Positions 1 through 12,652 of a DNA stretch of 64,000 nt are shown piece after piece. The notes under the pieces are model-generated. The model saw only the letters and a program-made list of their open reading frames with translations, had not been told where the DNA came from and did not search any database. This DNA comes from Octopus sinensis. Taxonomy: Eukaryota. A program made the translations under genes and the position numbers. Location of the stretch: positions 88,536,001 through 88,600,000 of the forward strand of contig NC_043000.1 of assembly GCF_006345805.1 (NCBI RefSeq), read 5' to 3'. Positions within the stretch are counted from its first letter, which is position 1. Every line of letters begins with the position of its first letter.

Positions 1-630
1 GTTACAAGGTGGCATAATAACGCCGATAAGTATCTTCATTGGAGATTGTATGAGAGAGTACTGCCTTCATAGGGCACTGGAATGCTATGAACATAACCCA
101 GAAAGCGTTATCAATAATAATGAACATAAGATCGTCTGAGATTTTAAAATCTAGTATGATTTAGTGACTGAAGCTCAGACACCAGACACTGTTGTAATTC
201 ATAAAATGATGACGTAAATCAACATTTTAGATATTGCCATGTCTACGGATGTACGAATATGTGATAAAATAGTGGAAAAGATTTAAAATTGCAACACACT
301 GAAAGCTAAGATTGCACGAACGTAGGCAATGAAGAAAGTGATTGTAATACAAGGAGTTGTTAGGAAACTGGGAGCATTAATTACTAGGTTTGAGAAATTT
401 TTATTGATTTGAGGATAGGGTATGCTTATGAAGCTGATTTACTGGGAGCAGCGAGAATTTTGAGAGTGGTACTTGAATGTTAAGCATCGTTCAAAGAGAC
501 CCTCTGAGATACTTGAAAACGCGTTGTTGTCCGGTCTTACAGAATTAGCCGGAGCCAGTGAAATCGAGAGCACTGGGAAATGAAACAACAACAACAAAAA
601 ACTATAATAGTAATAACATTTATAATAATT
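1..630 (+). mobile_element. Degraded 3' end of an RLE-type (R4/Dong-like) LINE, running off the window edge
   Basis: Manual translation gives WHNNADKYLHWRL, YEHNPESV and LGAARILRVVLEC* (stop 481-483). These parallel RHDRVGTYIHWKL, YRHTPEKV and LGTAHILRRTLSIQ* in the intact RLE domain at 42179-43303. Stops and frameshifts are present, and a short (AAC)n/TAA-like tail follows. Confidence 0.75.
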
Positions 631-756
631 GTAAGCATATTATATCATTACCCACCAATACTCCATCATCACGTGTTACTTTCCAGAAAATCTAGATAAC
701 TTACAATATTGAAGTGCATATCCATGAGCAGAAACCAATTCAATAAGTTATGTGTG

Positions 757-837
757 TGTATATATGTGATTACATCAATATGCATACATAAATACAGAAA
801 TACATATGTACATAAATACATTTAGATAAACATATGA

Positions 838-872
<35 letters not shown>

Positions 873-879
873 ACATACA

Positions 880-958
<79 letters not shown>

Positions 959-985
959 TATATATATGATATATACATATACACA
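757..985. repeat. Compound (TA)n/(CA)n microsatellite
   Basis: Seen directly; it is the source of the YI/CV/HT ORFs. Confidence 0.95.
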
Positions 986-2678
986 TGTTTAGATGCGTGT
1001 GAGTGTGTATTTGTGTATGTTTGTGTGTATTTATGTACGTATTCTTCATACTATGCTTCATGGGGTTTTTGAATTATTTGAAAAAAGAGGTATCTTTATC
1101 AATAGACATAAATATTTAGCTTTATTTTGGAAAGTAAAGATTTGCCGTGTTTATTATCATATATAATATTTATTATAAAGCTATACCCTACATTTCAATG
1201 TATGCATCTGTGACTTGTATGTAGATCTCTTGTACGTCTGTGCGTATGTAAGACTCGAGAGTAGGAATTTTATTCGGGTTCTGGAGACAGCACGTTGTTG
1301 CTGTATATCGTAGATATGTAAAGCATATCGTTCCAGTGGAATTCGGAGTCGTTGTATAGTTTTACAAAATGAAATAGTAAACCTGTACAGATTGAAATAT
1401 TGTAAGAAAAATAAATATTTTAGTACAGTGCTCAACTTTTCTATACCAATATTCGTATAACTATTATTGGGACCATTTGAATTTAACCATTAACAAAGTA
1501 TAATTTTTTCATAAAATGTGTAGTTAGCAATGAGTTGTTCGAAAAAGTCCCTTTCATATTATATCATTCATATCCAGCCGTTAATTTTACTTGTTAATAA
1601 AGAATATAGTTTAATCTTATACTTTCATTTCCAACACATTAGCTAGAAAAGACCATTAGCTTATCAGCAAAGCCACAAAGTCTCTAGCATTTATTAATAA
1701 TTTATATTCTCTCAAATAACTATCACGTGTTTTTAGTTTTTGAAGAAGCTTGGCATTTTGAATGAAATTTCGAAATTATTTCTGCGATGATGAAGCTGCC
1801 TTAAGAAAAACATCTGGCGCCAAATATATCTACTTTTGTATAACAGGACTGAATTACATTTGGTTTGTAAATTTAGTTATATATATATATGATATATATT
1901 ATCTGTGTAACAGTAGGTCTACTACTATGAAATATTTAGATTTTTAGTAGTAATAATAATGTTTATAATACAAGTATACGGCTACAAATTTTGAGAAAAT
2001 GTTATAAAATATTTACATTTTCAATAGGAACTATAACAGTTTGTAACATAGGTAGACGGCCACAAGATTTGAAAGAACGATGCAGTCTATTTACTTGACC
2101 ACGATATTCAGTGGTATCTATGTTATTCACTACAGAAATATGTATATCAAATTCAATCTCAATGAGATTTACACACAGAACGTAAAGGGACATAACTAAG
2201 TATAATATTTCCTTTATCGTTCTATCAAATCGGTAACTACGTATTGAAGGATAATAAATAAGAATTTACATGAAATATAATAGATTCATTTTAAGTCATA
2301 AGGGCAATTAATTGTATTTGTGGGTATAAAGAACGACTAACCACCATAATTAAATGCCCCAGTGTCCAGTCCACAGCTGTACATGTTCTCTTTATTCCTC
2401 TGTCACCATTATAGTGATCAATGCTGTGAGTTGGCTGTCATTGTACGTCATGTACTCAAGCACTCCAGATCCATTCATCGCTCAAACTCTCGTTACCTAT
2501 CGTGCGTCATCCCCAGGTCCCGAAGTAGCAAGTGCGTGCACGCACGCACACACACGCACGTACACACAATCACGTGCCCCCCCCCCCACACACACACGTA
2601 CACATACAATACACACACATATACATACAAACATACATACATACATACATATATACATGCGTACATAAAGAATATTAC

Positions 2679-3745
2679 AGTCGAATAAAGAAAATTGGAC
2701 CTCGGAACTCTCTACATTCCATAAAACAATGGCCCACAATGTGTTTGCAGTGCCAGTACTCATACCAATATTCGGGTTGCTTGTTTGAACGTTTGATGAG
2801 ATTCGAGCCATTGTTGCGAAAACCCGGAAAATACTAACAAGCACACATAATTTCCAAATCAACAGTGTCGTAGACCGCATGTACCTAAAACGAAAACAGG
2901 GGATCAGAAGGTTAACACTGATCCAGAATGACTTTGAATGTCGTATCGCATCCCTTCGGCAACATCTATTAACCACCAAGTGTTGAAGAGCATCCCTTGA
3001 CCAAGTTTGTATGCATGACACTGATAACATCATAAAACTTGGAAAGCAGCTCTTTGACCTGCATTCCTTGTCTGATATCCATAAATGCATAAGCAAAGTC
3101 GCACGACTCTACAGCAATGTGTCATCAGATGGAAACAAGGGCGTATATGAGCATTAGACCATGCATAAATATATTTGTAGAAAGCTTCGAGATCATAATA
3201 ACATTGATCATGAAAGCAACCCGATTACTACTTCCCAATTTGAAGCGTATGTGTTTGCAATCCAGGAACTGTAAATACCACCCAAATGCATGATGCACAA
3301 AAGGGACAGAGATGCAGGAATAGCTGCAAAATGTGAAAACCGATGCAGACTTTGTGGAGTTAACACCTGAGATATCACCCACATCATAAGCAGTTGTCCG
3401 AAAACGTCATGAGACATGATGTTACGGTATAACGAGATCGGTCGGAAGGGTAACCCAGAGAACAAAGAAATACAAACCCACAGTATGGTGGAAGCCATAG
3501 ACACTCATAATAAAAGGTAGTACTGGTGGAATTTCTCAGTGAAAACCTCAATAATATATAAACACAATAGACGTGGTATAGTGATTCGGGATAGAGAAAC
3601 TGTATACAGTTATGGTAGTCAGTTGCTCAGTAGATGTTAAAATAAAGCTAAAGATCAGCGAAAAAGAAAATACCGACGCTGAACTATTGAGAAATTTGCA
3701 GTTACCCTATCCAGATTACAAGTTCAGATTTATACCCACCGTGGG
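2679..3745 (+). mobile_element. Degraded RLE-LINE fragment (RT thumb, CCHC zinc knuckle and endonuclease) of an older family
   Basis: Plus-strand translation gives AHNVFAVPVL, KTRKILT..NFQINSVVDRMYLKRKQG, TSQFEAYVFAIQE, RCRLCGVNT*DITHIISSCP, YWWNFSVK and ELLRNLQL.YPDYKFRFIP, with many stops and frameshifts. Confidence 0.75.
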
Positions 3746-4144
3746 GAAGTAGCGCCTACTTTCAGAAACTATGTTGTAGAACAACTCCAAAGGAGTCGCA
3801 GTGAAGTATTTTAAAAGAAGAAAAAGAAATGTACCTTTCGAAAATATGGCGTCTACTTTCTTTTGAAATGTGTGTGTGTGGTGGGGGGGGGTCTGTGTGC
3901 ATATATGTATATATGCATTAGGTATAGATATTTATGAAAGCATATATGTATATATGCATTATGTATAGATATTTATGAAAGCATATATGTATATATGTGT
4001 TATGTATGTATATATATACATGTGTGCGTGTGTGTGTGTGTAATATAATTTTTCTGAATCTTCAGATTTTTCTATATACTAGCCCACTGGTTTTATATTG
4101 ATATTAATCAAATTAATATTCAATTTTTCACCCTTATTATTTAA

Positions 4145-4181
<37 letters not shown>

Positions 4182-4354
4182 ATATATAATAGTTATCGCC
4201 ATACTAATATGGCATTCTTATAAAAATAAGAAAAAAGCTGTCCGCTTATTAGCTCCATGAGGCCATCGCCTTAAGTTAGCTATTTGATACACAAACTGTA
4301 TCCATATAACCTTCGAACAAGGGAGGTCAGTCGCTCCACACTACTTGACCGGCA

Positions 4355-4396
4355 GCTACAGACGCGTTTCGGAGTATTGCCTCTTTTCAATGCAGC
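4355..4396 (-). ncRNA. Hammerhead ribozyme motif, copy 1 (U3-A8 core; one stem II mismatch)
   Basis: Minus strand: GCUGCA-UUGAAAA-GAGG CAAUA CUCC-GAAA-C GC G-UC-UGUAGC. Confidence 0.6.
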
Positions 4397-4716
4397 GTAG
4401 CCAGCCAGTAGGTGTCGCTTCCGACAATCTCTGTTCGATGGTTTTATTTACCTAGTTTCGGTGGAATACATCCACTTGTTTTCAATAATAGAAATATTAA
4501 AATAACTAAGTCTCTCTAAAAGAGAACAGCGGCAGCGTTCCCGGAAAATAATAGTTATCGCCATACTAATATGGCATTCTTATAAAAATAAGAAAAAAGC
4601 TGTCCGCTTATTAGCTCCATGAGGCCATCGCCTTAAGTTAGCTATTTGATACACAAACTGTATCCATATAACCTTCGAACAAGGGAGGTCAGTCGCTCCA
4701 CACTACTTGACCGGCA

Positions 4717-4758
4717 GCTACAGACGCGTTTCGGAGTATTGCCCCTTTTCAATGCAGC
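4717..4758 (-). ncRNA. Minimal type I hammerhead ribozyme, copy 2 (U3-A8 core, GUC site)
   Basis: Minus strand: stem I GCUGCA/UGUAGC (6 bp, one GU); core UUGAAAA; stem II GGGG/CUCC with loop CAAUA; GAAA; palindromic stem III ACGCGU; cleavage triplet GUC. Confidence 0.75.
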
Positions 4759-4876
4759 TTTTTTCTTATTTTTTCTTATTTTTATAAGAATGCCATATTA
4801 GTATGGCGATAACTATTATTTTCCGGGAACGCTGCCGCTGTTCTCTTTTAGAGAGACTTAGTTATTTTAATATTTC

Positions 4877-4927
<51 letters not shown>

Positions 4928-4940
4928 TAGATAGATAGAT

Positions 4941-4984
<44 letters not shown>

Positions 4985-5369
4985 GAGAGAGAGAGAGATG
5001 TATGTATGTTGTGTAAGCATTATGGATACATGTATTATATATGTATGTGTGTATATATGCGTGTGTATGTGTGTAAAACAACTCAACTGTTAGATAATGG
5101 TTAAGTGTTGCCTTCATGATCATGCGATCGGGCGGTCACGGGTTCTATTCCTAGACTGGGAAGCCGGTTTTGTCGTTGGTATTAACTGACAACAGTTTAA
5201 ACTGAACACTAGTTGTCTCAATCGCATCAGAGCCTACAAACGTCAGAGATAATGTGACAGACTCATCAACGATAAACCGAAGGCATTATTTCACTCAAAC
5301 TTATATTAAAAGATAGTTTCATTTCACCACACGTGATTTAGCAAGCAATAGGAATAAAATTGTCATTAT

Positions 5370-5520
5370 AGGCGTAGGCGTGACTGGGTTGTAAAAAGCG
5401 TGTCTCCCAATCACATGGTTCCGGGTTCAGTCCAACTGTGTAGCACTTTAAGCAAGTGTCTACTGCTATAGCCCTTGTGATTACCATACTTGGTAGACAG
5501 GTGCTGAAAGATGCCCGTCG
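5370..5520 (+). mobile_element. Degraded 5' half of the common tRNA-derived SINE
   Basis: Contains catggttccgggttcagtcc and tggtagac..ctgaaagatgcccgtc, matching the copies at 6725-7171 and 34551-34956, and runs into (TATG)n. Confidence 0.7.
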
Positions 5521-5521
5521 C

Positions 5522-5652
5522 CTATGTATGTATGTATGTATGTATGTATGTATGTATGTATGTATGTATGTATGTATGTATGTATGTATGTATGTATGTA
5601 TGTATGTATCTATCTATATATCTATCTATCTATCTATCTATCTGTATCTCTG

Positions 5653-5683
<31 letters not shown>

Positions 5684-5730
5684 GTATCTCTGTCTATCTA
5701 TCTATCTATCTATCTATCTACTATCTATCT

Positions 5731-5767
<37 letters not shown>

Positions 5768-5824
5768 ATATCTATCTATCTGTCTGTCTGTCTGTCTGTC
5801 GCTCTCTCTGCCTGCCTGTATGTA

Positions 5825-5899
<75 letters not shown>
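5522..5899. repeat. Compound microsatellite (TATG)n-(TATC)n-(TGTC)n-(TC)n-(TA)n
   Basis: Seen directly. Confidence 0.95.
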
Positions 5900-5902
<3 letters not shown>

Positions 5903-5927
5903 AAGGTAATATGTGACAATTATTCGG

Positions 5928-6001
5928 TAGCCATGATAAAACTCCGAGTTTCGGATGCCGAGGTGAAAATCCACGCCGCTATCTCTTCAGTTATCCGGCC
6001 A
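5928..6001 (-). ncRNA. Type I hammerhead ribozyme motif (GUU site) in a short element next to (TA)n
   Basis: Minus strand: UGGCC.GGAUAA-CUGAAGA-GAUAGC...GCAUCC-GAAA-CU CGG AG-UU-UUAUC.AUGGCUA. Stem I is 5 bp plus a 5 bp extension; stem II has a one-base register defect. Confidence 0.6.
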
Positions 6002-6724
6002 TCGGATAAATGCTATGAAAAATGACCGTTATACAAAGGGAAATTACTGTGTGATTGACCGTTATTAAGACAAAAGAGCTATTTGAATGACCGCTAAGTG
6101 AGAGGAGCAAGTAAAAGTAAGGAGGTAAAAAATGTTCATAGTATTCGCATAAGCGCGCATGTTCATACCTACACATGCGCTCCCGCACACCCACTCGCAT
6201 GCGCCTAAAAGTATACATTCATCCACCCTCACTTGAAAAAGGACGCTTCATCACCTATACTATTCGCCAAATGTATATGTATATACATACAAACCAACAC
6301 ACACACACACGCACCATAACGATTCATATACACGCCTATATACGCACAAGCACAAGAAAAAACAGGGCTAAGGGTAACAATACAGAAAAAAGGTATAAGG
6401 GAGTATACAAAAAGTAAACTACGTCAAAAAGTAAACTACGCACATACCCGTATGCACGCACACACACACGCACATACCCGTCTATATACGCGTCTATATA
6501 CACGTCTACATACTCGCATGCACGCACACACGCACACATCTATATATGCACATACCGCACACACGCATACAATAACACGCGCGCACAAAAGAATCCATAT
6601 ACACGTCTATGTACGCACAGGGAAAAATGCAGGGCGGAAGGTAGAATACAGAAATATTATGTGTAAAATATATATAAGCAATACACCTATAAACTAATAT
6701 TTCTATAAATATGTATAAATATAT

Positions 6725-7171
<447 letters not shown>

Positions 7172-8619
7172 TATATGTATAAAACAAATAAATATATAAA
7201 TAGTATATAAAACAAATAAATATATGTATAAAACAAATAAACAAAATCAGATGAAAATGATATCAACCGAAATAAGTACCATTTTCCTACTTCACTTTCA
7301 GTAACTAAAAAATAATATGCACGAATCGACACTAGAGGCATACGTTTGTATACAACATGCCTATATATTGTACAACTATTCTCCACGCGCAAAAATAGAA
7401 CACTTACACAGCATTCACAAAACTTTTTAAAGAAAATAAAGCTGATACAAAGGCAATTTCAAACCACATACTACCAGCTAATTTAAGAAAAATGTCTTTC
7501 TCTCTTTAAAAATATATTTTTTCATAACGAAAAGCAAAAAAGTATACATCCTCTTAACCAATATTCCAGAAATAGAAAATTTAGAAGAAAGAATAAGAAC
7601 CAAAAATACAAACAAATATTCAAGGGACGGGAATAAAAATATGAATGCTAAAATATTGAAAATGTAAACTTCAAAAATAGAATTGGATTATACAAAGGTA
7701 TATAATAAGACAAAATCTTCAAACTAAATTTTCATATAAAATTGATCAACAGAAATGAAAATATGAATAATAGAAAATATGAGAAATATTCAACTATAAA
7801 TTATGAGCTGATATGGTTTGTTATTGATTGGGTCATCTATCACATAGAGGAAATGAGAGACAGAAACGGGGGCGGGATAATGATAGACTGTCATTTTAAT
7901 TGTTACTGTTCCTTTGATAGTGTGCATGTGAGTGGACGTCTTAGCTATACACACACAGAAAGCTATATATGAGTGCGTGTGCAGAGAGAGATACAGACAT
8001 ACACACAGACAGACAGAAATCCGTGCGAGAGAGATCGAATTAAAACATTGGTTGAAGAAGATGAGTTACATGTCGAAGTTTTAATACGATTCTTGAATTC
8101 AATTGCAAAGTTTTCTTCCTCGAACAGAGTTATTGCAAGTAAAAATAGGTTCGTGTTCTCATAATTTCTTACATGAAGCGTTTCGTAATTTATCATTTTA
8201 TGCAATTTTATGCAGTTGACGCAAATTACATTTTATATGAGTATGATAATATGTGTGTATGTATTCTGAGTATGCATGCACGTCTATCTGTCTGTCTGTC
8301 TGTATATATGTATGTATGTTTCTCTTTTGTTTTTAATTATTTAAATGTTTCCTTTCAAGGAGCTGGTTTCAAACGAAGATACATAGCTTGATCGTTGGAA
8401 TATATATAAAGAAAACAATGTCACGTTTTAAACCCGAGAAAAATCTTACATAGTTTTACTGTTCCGCTTACACATTGTATTTGTAATATGCGAATCAGTT
8501 AGTTGATTTCTTTTTCTGAAAATCCAGGCTTATCCAGACTGACAGACATTTACTTACAAAACCATGTACTCCAATTATTATTGGTATAAATGTAATTTGT
8601 AATCCGTATATAGAAGCTG

Positions 8620-9390
8620 AAGGTTTCGAGGCAGTTATCTTTAGTTACCTTCTTTCTCTTTGATTTTCAAAGAGGTATTCTCATCCGGAGGACATACCCG
8701 TTACTTGTCTGTCGCAGTCAACAATATCTGGCCTCTTATGCTCACACTTGACAGCTGTTTTGATGGGAATGTTCGACCAGTATTCCTTGTTCTGATATTT
8801 GTGTAACTGTTCAATGACAGGGGGATTTTCTATATTTACTCCAGGACAATCATTTTTTCCGGATGACATTGTATATTGATTTTGCGACAATGCCGTGTCG
8901 CATAGGGAGGTAGTGGCTTGATGACATTTTTGGGCTCCTGTTAATCACATGTGGAATATCTTCCAGAGAAATATGACATAATCTACATTTTCTGTTGCAT
9001 CTTGGAACCCCAAAGACTTCAGTTTCTCTTTTGTTGATCAGGTATTTAGAGCAATCTCCTTTCTTGGATTGCAAATCCATAGCCTTCAAAGTGTAATGTG
9101 ACGTAGCAGTCACGAGTTCAAGAGAGACTTCGCTTTATGTAAATGTTATTCTTTTTCAAGTCTCCAGAAAACATACCCATCCATGGTCTTGTTTTTTGTG
9201 CTGAGCGTTTCACCTCCAGGTCTTCTTTGGGTCATACTAGTCCAGCTGATTTGGGGTCGTAAGGGAAATCAAGAAGTGAATGCTTCTAAACGATCTCGCT
9301 TCCGAGACATAGGATACTTTTCTTCACACTTGAGCAATAAGTTAATGTATTTACTTTTGCTGCTGTTTTTCAGCAGGTTCCATCTGAGAG
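8620..9390 (-). mobile_element. Degraded RLE-LINE fragment, same older family as 2679-3745
   Basis: Minus-strand translation gives HFEGYGFAIQE, RKCRLCHISLEDIPHVI, PMRHGIVAKSIYN and KEYWSNIPIKTAVKCEHKRPDIV. Confidence 0.75.
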
Positions 9391-9867
9391 AGACTATGTA
9401 TGTGTGTGTGTGTATGTATGTATGTATGTATGTATGTATGTATGTATGTATGTATGTATGTATGTATGTATGTACGTATGTATGTAAGCATGCATGTATG
9501 TTTGACAAAAGAGTTCGGCCAACAATACATAAAGTTTCGCAGATACAGGACACATCAATCTCATGAGATGTTTGGTTCGGGTACAAGTTCTGTGAAACAA
9601 GTCAAATTCTTATTAAATACACGATTACCAGTAAAATATTTTGAGTGTACTACTTTCTATCTTTTGATCACACACACACACTCACATACCGTTATAGATA
9701 GATAGGTATGCATATATATATATATATAAGTACAAAGTGAGATAGGGGTTATGAGTGTAACCCACTATGGGATATCAGTTATCCAATATACTGCTAGTGA
9801 AGTACCCAAAAGGCAAATGCATAAATGCTTATAATTGCAATGCAATTATAAGCATTTATTGTATTAG

Positions 9868-12533
9868 ATGGGCCAAGATAAAATATTTTACCTCAAAATC
9901 ATAAAGTACCACTCCGGAAACATAATAGTGATGGGTGATTTTAACCTCCCTCATGTGAACTGGCCCACAAATACTCCGAAGTTAGGCAAGTGCTCTACAT
10001 CAGATAGGGCAGCGGCAGAACTGCTCTTCAATCTGATGGATGAGTATTTCCTGACTCAGCTAGTGCTTGAGCCAACGAGACAGAATAAAACGATCTTGGA
10101 TCTGGTACTGACCAATCACTCTAGCTACGTTCACAGCATTTCAGTCGAAAAAACTCTCCTCTCAGACCACGACATGGTACTCTGCAATCTTAATTCCCGA
10201 CGTATAAAAACCAAACCAGCCAATCCCACTCCATGGCACCCATTTGACAACATAAATTTCCACAAAGCGGACTGGGGAACAATCAGAAAGGATCTGTCTT
10301 CCATCGACTGGTCTTTTACTCTCAATTCCCCTCATATTGAGACCGCGTGGCAGCACTTTGAAACCATTGTCACCGACACATGCTCTAAACACGCTCCCAA
10401 GAAATCTACTAACACAAACAGACACCGGCTCCCTAAAAAGAAAAAAACACTCATCAGGCGCATCAAAAGACTCAACAAAAAAATCAACCAATCAAAATAT
10501 TCCCACACGCAACATCCACATTCAACAACAATGAAAAGACTAGAGCTGGAAAAACTTCATCTGCAGACTAACATGAAAACCTCCATTGAAAATCAAAGAG
10601 CTGTGGAGGAACAATGGGTAATCAAAAACATCAAACAGAACCCAAAAGTGTTCTATTCTTATGCAAATAAGCATAGAACCACTGTCTCACCTATTGGGCC
10701 ATTGATTGATGAAAACGGCATTCCCCAACACGTTGCTAAAGAAATGGCAGAATACTGCAGAAACAATATTGCTCTGTCTTCAGTGTTCCCACTGATATTG
10801 ATGTGAGGGAAACGAAAACGAAGCTGACTCCCAACACAAAATCGCAGACATAACCTTCACTGCCACCGACATCGTAGCAGCAATAAATGAGGTCAAACAT
10901 TACTCCGCTGTAGGCCCTGATAGATTTCCCGCCAGTCTCCTGAAGGAATGTAGATATCAACTTGCAGTCCCTCTGACCAACCTCTGGAGAAACTCGTTAG
11001 ACGCAGGTTATATACCGAAAAAGTTTCTATCCAGTCGGTCATCCCGGTTTTCAAACAGGGAAACAGATCCCTCGCAGTCAACTATCGCCCAATCTCACTC
11101 ACCTCCCACATCATTAAAGTGTTTGAAAGAGTGTTAAGATCAAGGATAGCTGACTTCCTGGACCCCACAAACTCCTAAATTCAAATCAACATGGCTTTCG
11201 CTGTGGCAGGGACTGTCTAACACAGCTCTTACACCACATTGAAGATGTACTCAAAGCCTTGGGAACAGGTTCGAACTCTGACGTCATATACCTTGACTTC
11301 AGTAAAGCGTTCGACAGGGTAGACCATAACATCCTACTCTCAAAATTGGCAAATGTTGGAATCCGTGGAAAAGTTCTACACTGGATTCAGTATTTCCTAG
11401 CGAATAGACACAACATGTTGTAGTTGATGGAGTCCACTCAAACCCAGCAAAAGTCACCAGCGGTGTTCCCCAGGGAACTGTTTTGGGTCCGCTACTATTC
11501 ATAATTTATGTAAACGAAAATATTCGCTGATGACACTAAGCTCCAGCAAATTGTCAATGAAGAAGCAGACCGAACTCAATCCAGTCTGACCTATATGCTG
11601 TGAGTCAATGGGCAGACAGAAACAAAATGCAACTGAATGAGGGAAAATTTGAGCTGATGCATTTTGGAAGAAATTCCTCACTAAAACAACCATACTCTCT
11701 TCCTTCAGGGGAACCGCTCACAGCCTCTAACAATATCAGAGACCTGGGTGTAATTGTTGATGACGATCTCAGTTGGAGTGCACACATCAACAAGAAGGTC
11801 GATACAGCTCGTAGGATGAGTTCCTGGATCTTAAGAACTTTCCGGTCCAGAGAACAAGGTGTCATCATACCACTTTTTTCATCCTTTGTACGGCCACACC
11901 TTGAATACTGCTGCCCACTGTGGTCTCCTCACACGAGACAAAACATCTCCAGAATTGAGTCACCCCAGAGGGCTCTCACTAAACAAATTGAAAGCATGGC
12001 TGCTCTCGACTATTGGGATCGCCTTAAAGCCTTGAAACTTTACTCCCTCCAGCGTCGCCGTGAGCGGTACATCATTTGTACGATGTGGAAAATATACCGC
12101 CAACTTTGCCCAACGACCTAAACATTAGCTTCAAGGTTCATCCGAGACTTGGACCACGGGCTATACGTCCCCTGCCAAATTCAAGATCACAACATACATG
12201 TACACTGCAACATAATTTCTTTTCCTCAACAGGCCCTGCCCTATTTAACATTGTCCCGAGGGAGATCAAAGAGGAAAGGATCCCATCAACTTCAAACAGA
12301 GTCTGGATAGATTCTTCAAAGAATACCAGACAAGCCACCCATAATTGGATACAACTCACCCAACAAGAACTCACTACTTGATCAAAACTGGATACAACTC
12401 ACCCAACAAGAACTCACTACTTGAACAAAACTTGACTTAAACAGGATTCGAATAATCCTATCAGGTGGTGCTATTAAGTTAGACATGGCCTGGACCAATC
12501 TCTGGTCGAAACATCTAAGTTTTATCTAAGTTT
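9868..12533 (+). mobile_element. 5'-truncated CR1-group LINE: APE endonuclease C-terminal half plus reverse transcriptase, pseudogenised
   Basis: EN motifs IIVMGDFNLPHVNW, PTRQNKTILDLVLTN and SDHDMV. RT motifs NYRPISLTSHIIKVFERV, QHGFR, VIYLDFSKAFDRVDH, SGVPQGTVLGPLLF, FADDTKL and RPHLEYCCPLWSP. Several frameshifts. The 3' tail has a short hairpin and (atctaagtttt)x2 before (TA)n. Confidence 0.92.
12346..12431 (+). repeat. 43 bp tandem duplication near the LINE 3' end
   Basis: tggatacaactcacccaacaagaactcactacttga occurs at 12346 and 12389. Confidence 0.9.
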
Positions 12534-12565
12534 TATATATGATGTGTATATATATATACATATGA

Positions 12566-12652
<87 letters not shown>

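Larger units (their letters stand above)
4186..4880 (-). mobile_element. Penelope-like element (PLE) pseudo-LTR relic: 362 bp unit, partial tandem copy and inverted copy, inserted in (TA)n
   Basis: 4186-4396 is repeated at 4548-4758 (offset 362). 4757-4880 is the reverse complement of about 4487-4600, with a 10 bp slip. (TA)n lies on both sides and each direct copy contains a hammerhead motif. Confidence 0.8.

Noticed and set aside
1270-1382. Possible minus-strand terminal exon (LLFHFVKLYNDSEFHWND...)
   Set aside because: Only an acceptor-like site and 37 codons; no supporting motif.
2497-3096. 199 aa minus-strand ORF
   Set aside because: It is the antisense frame of the plus-strand LINE relic plus a microsatellite.
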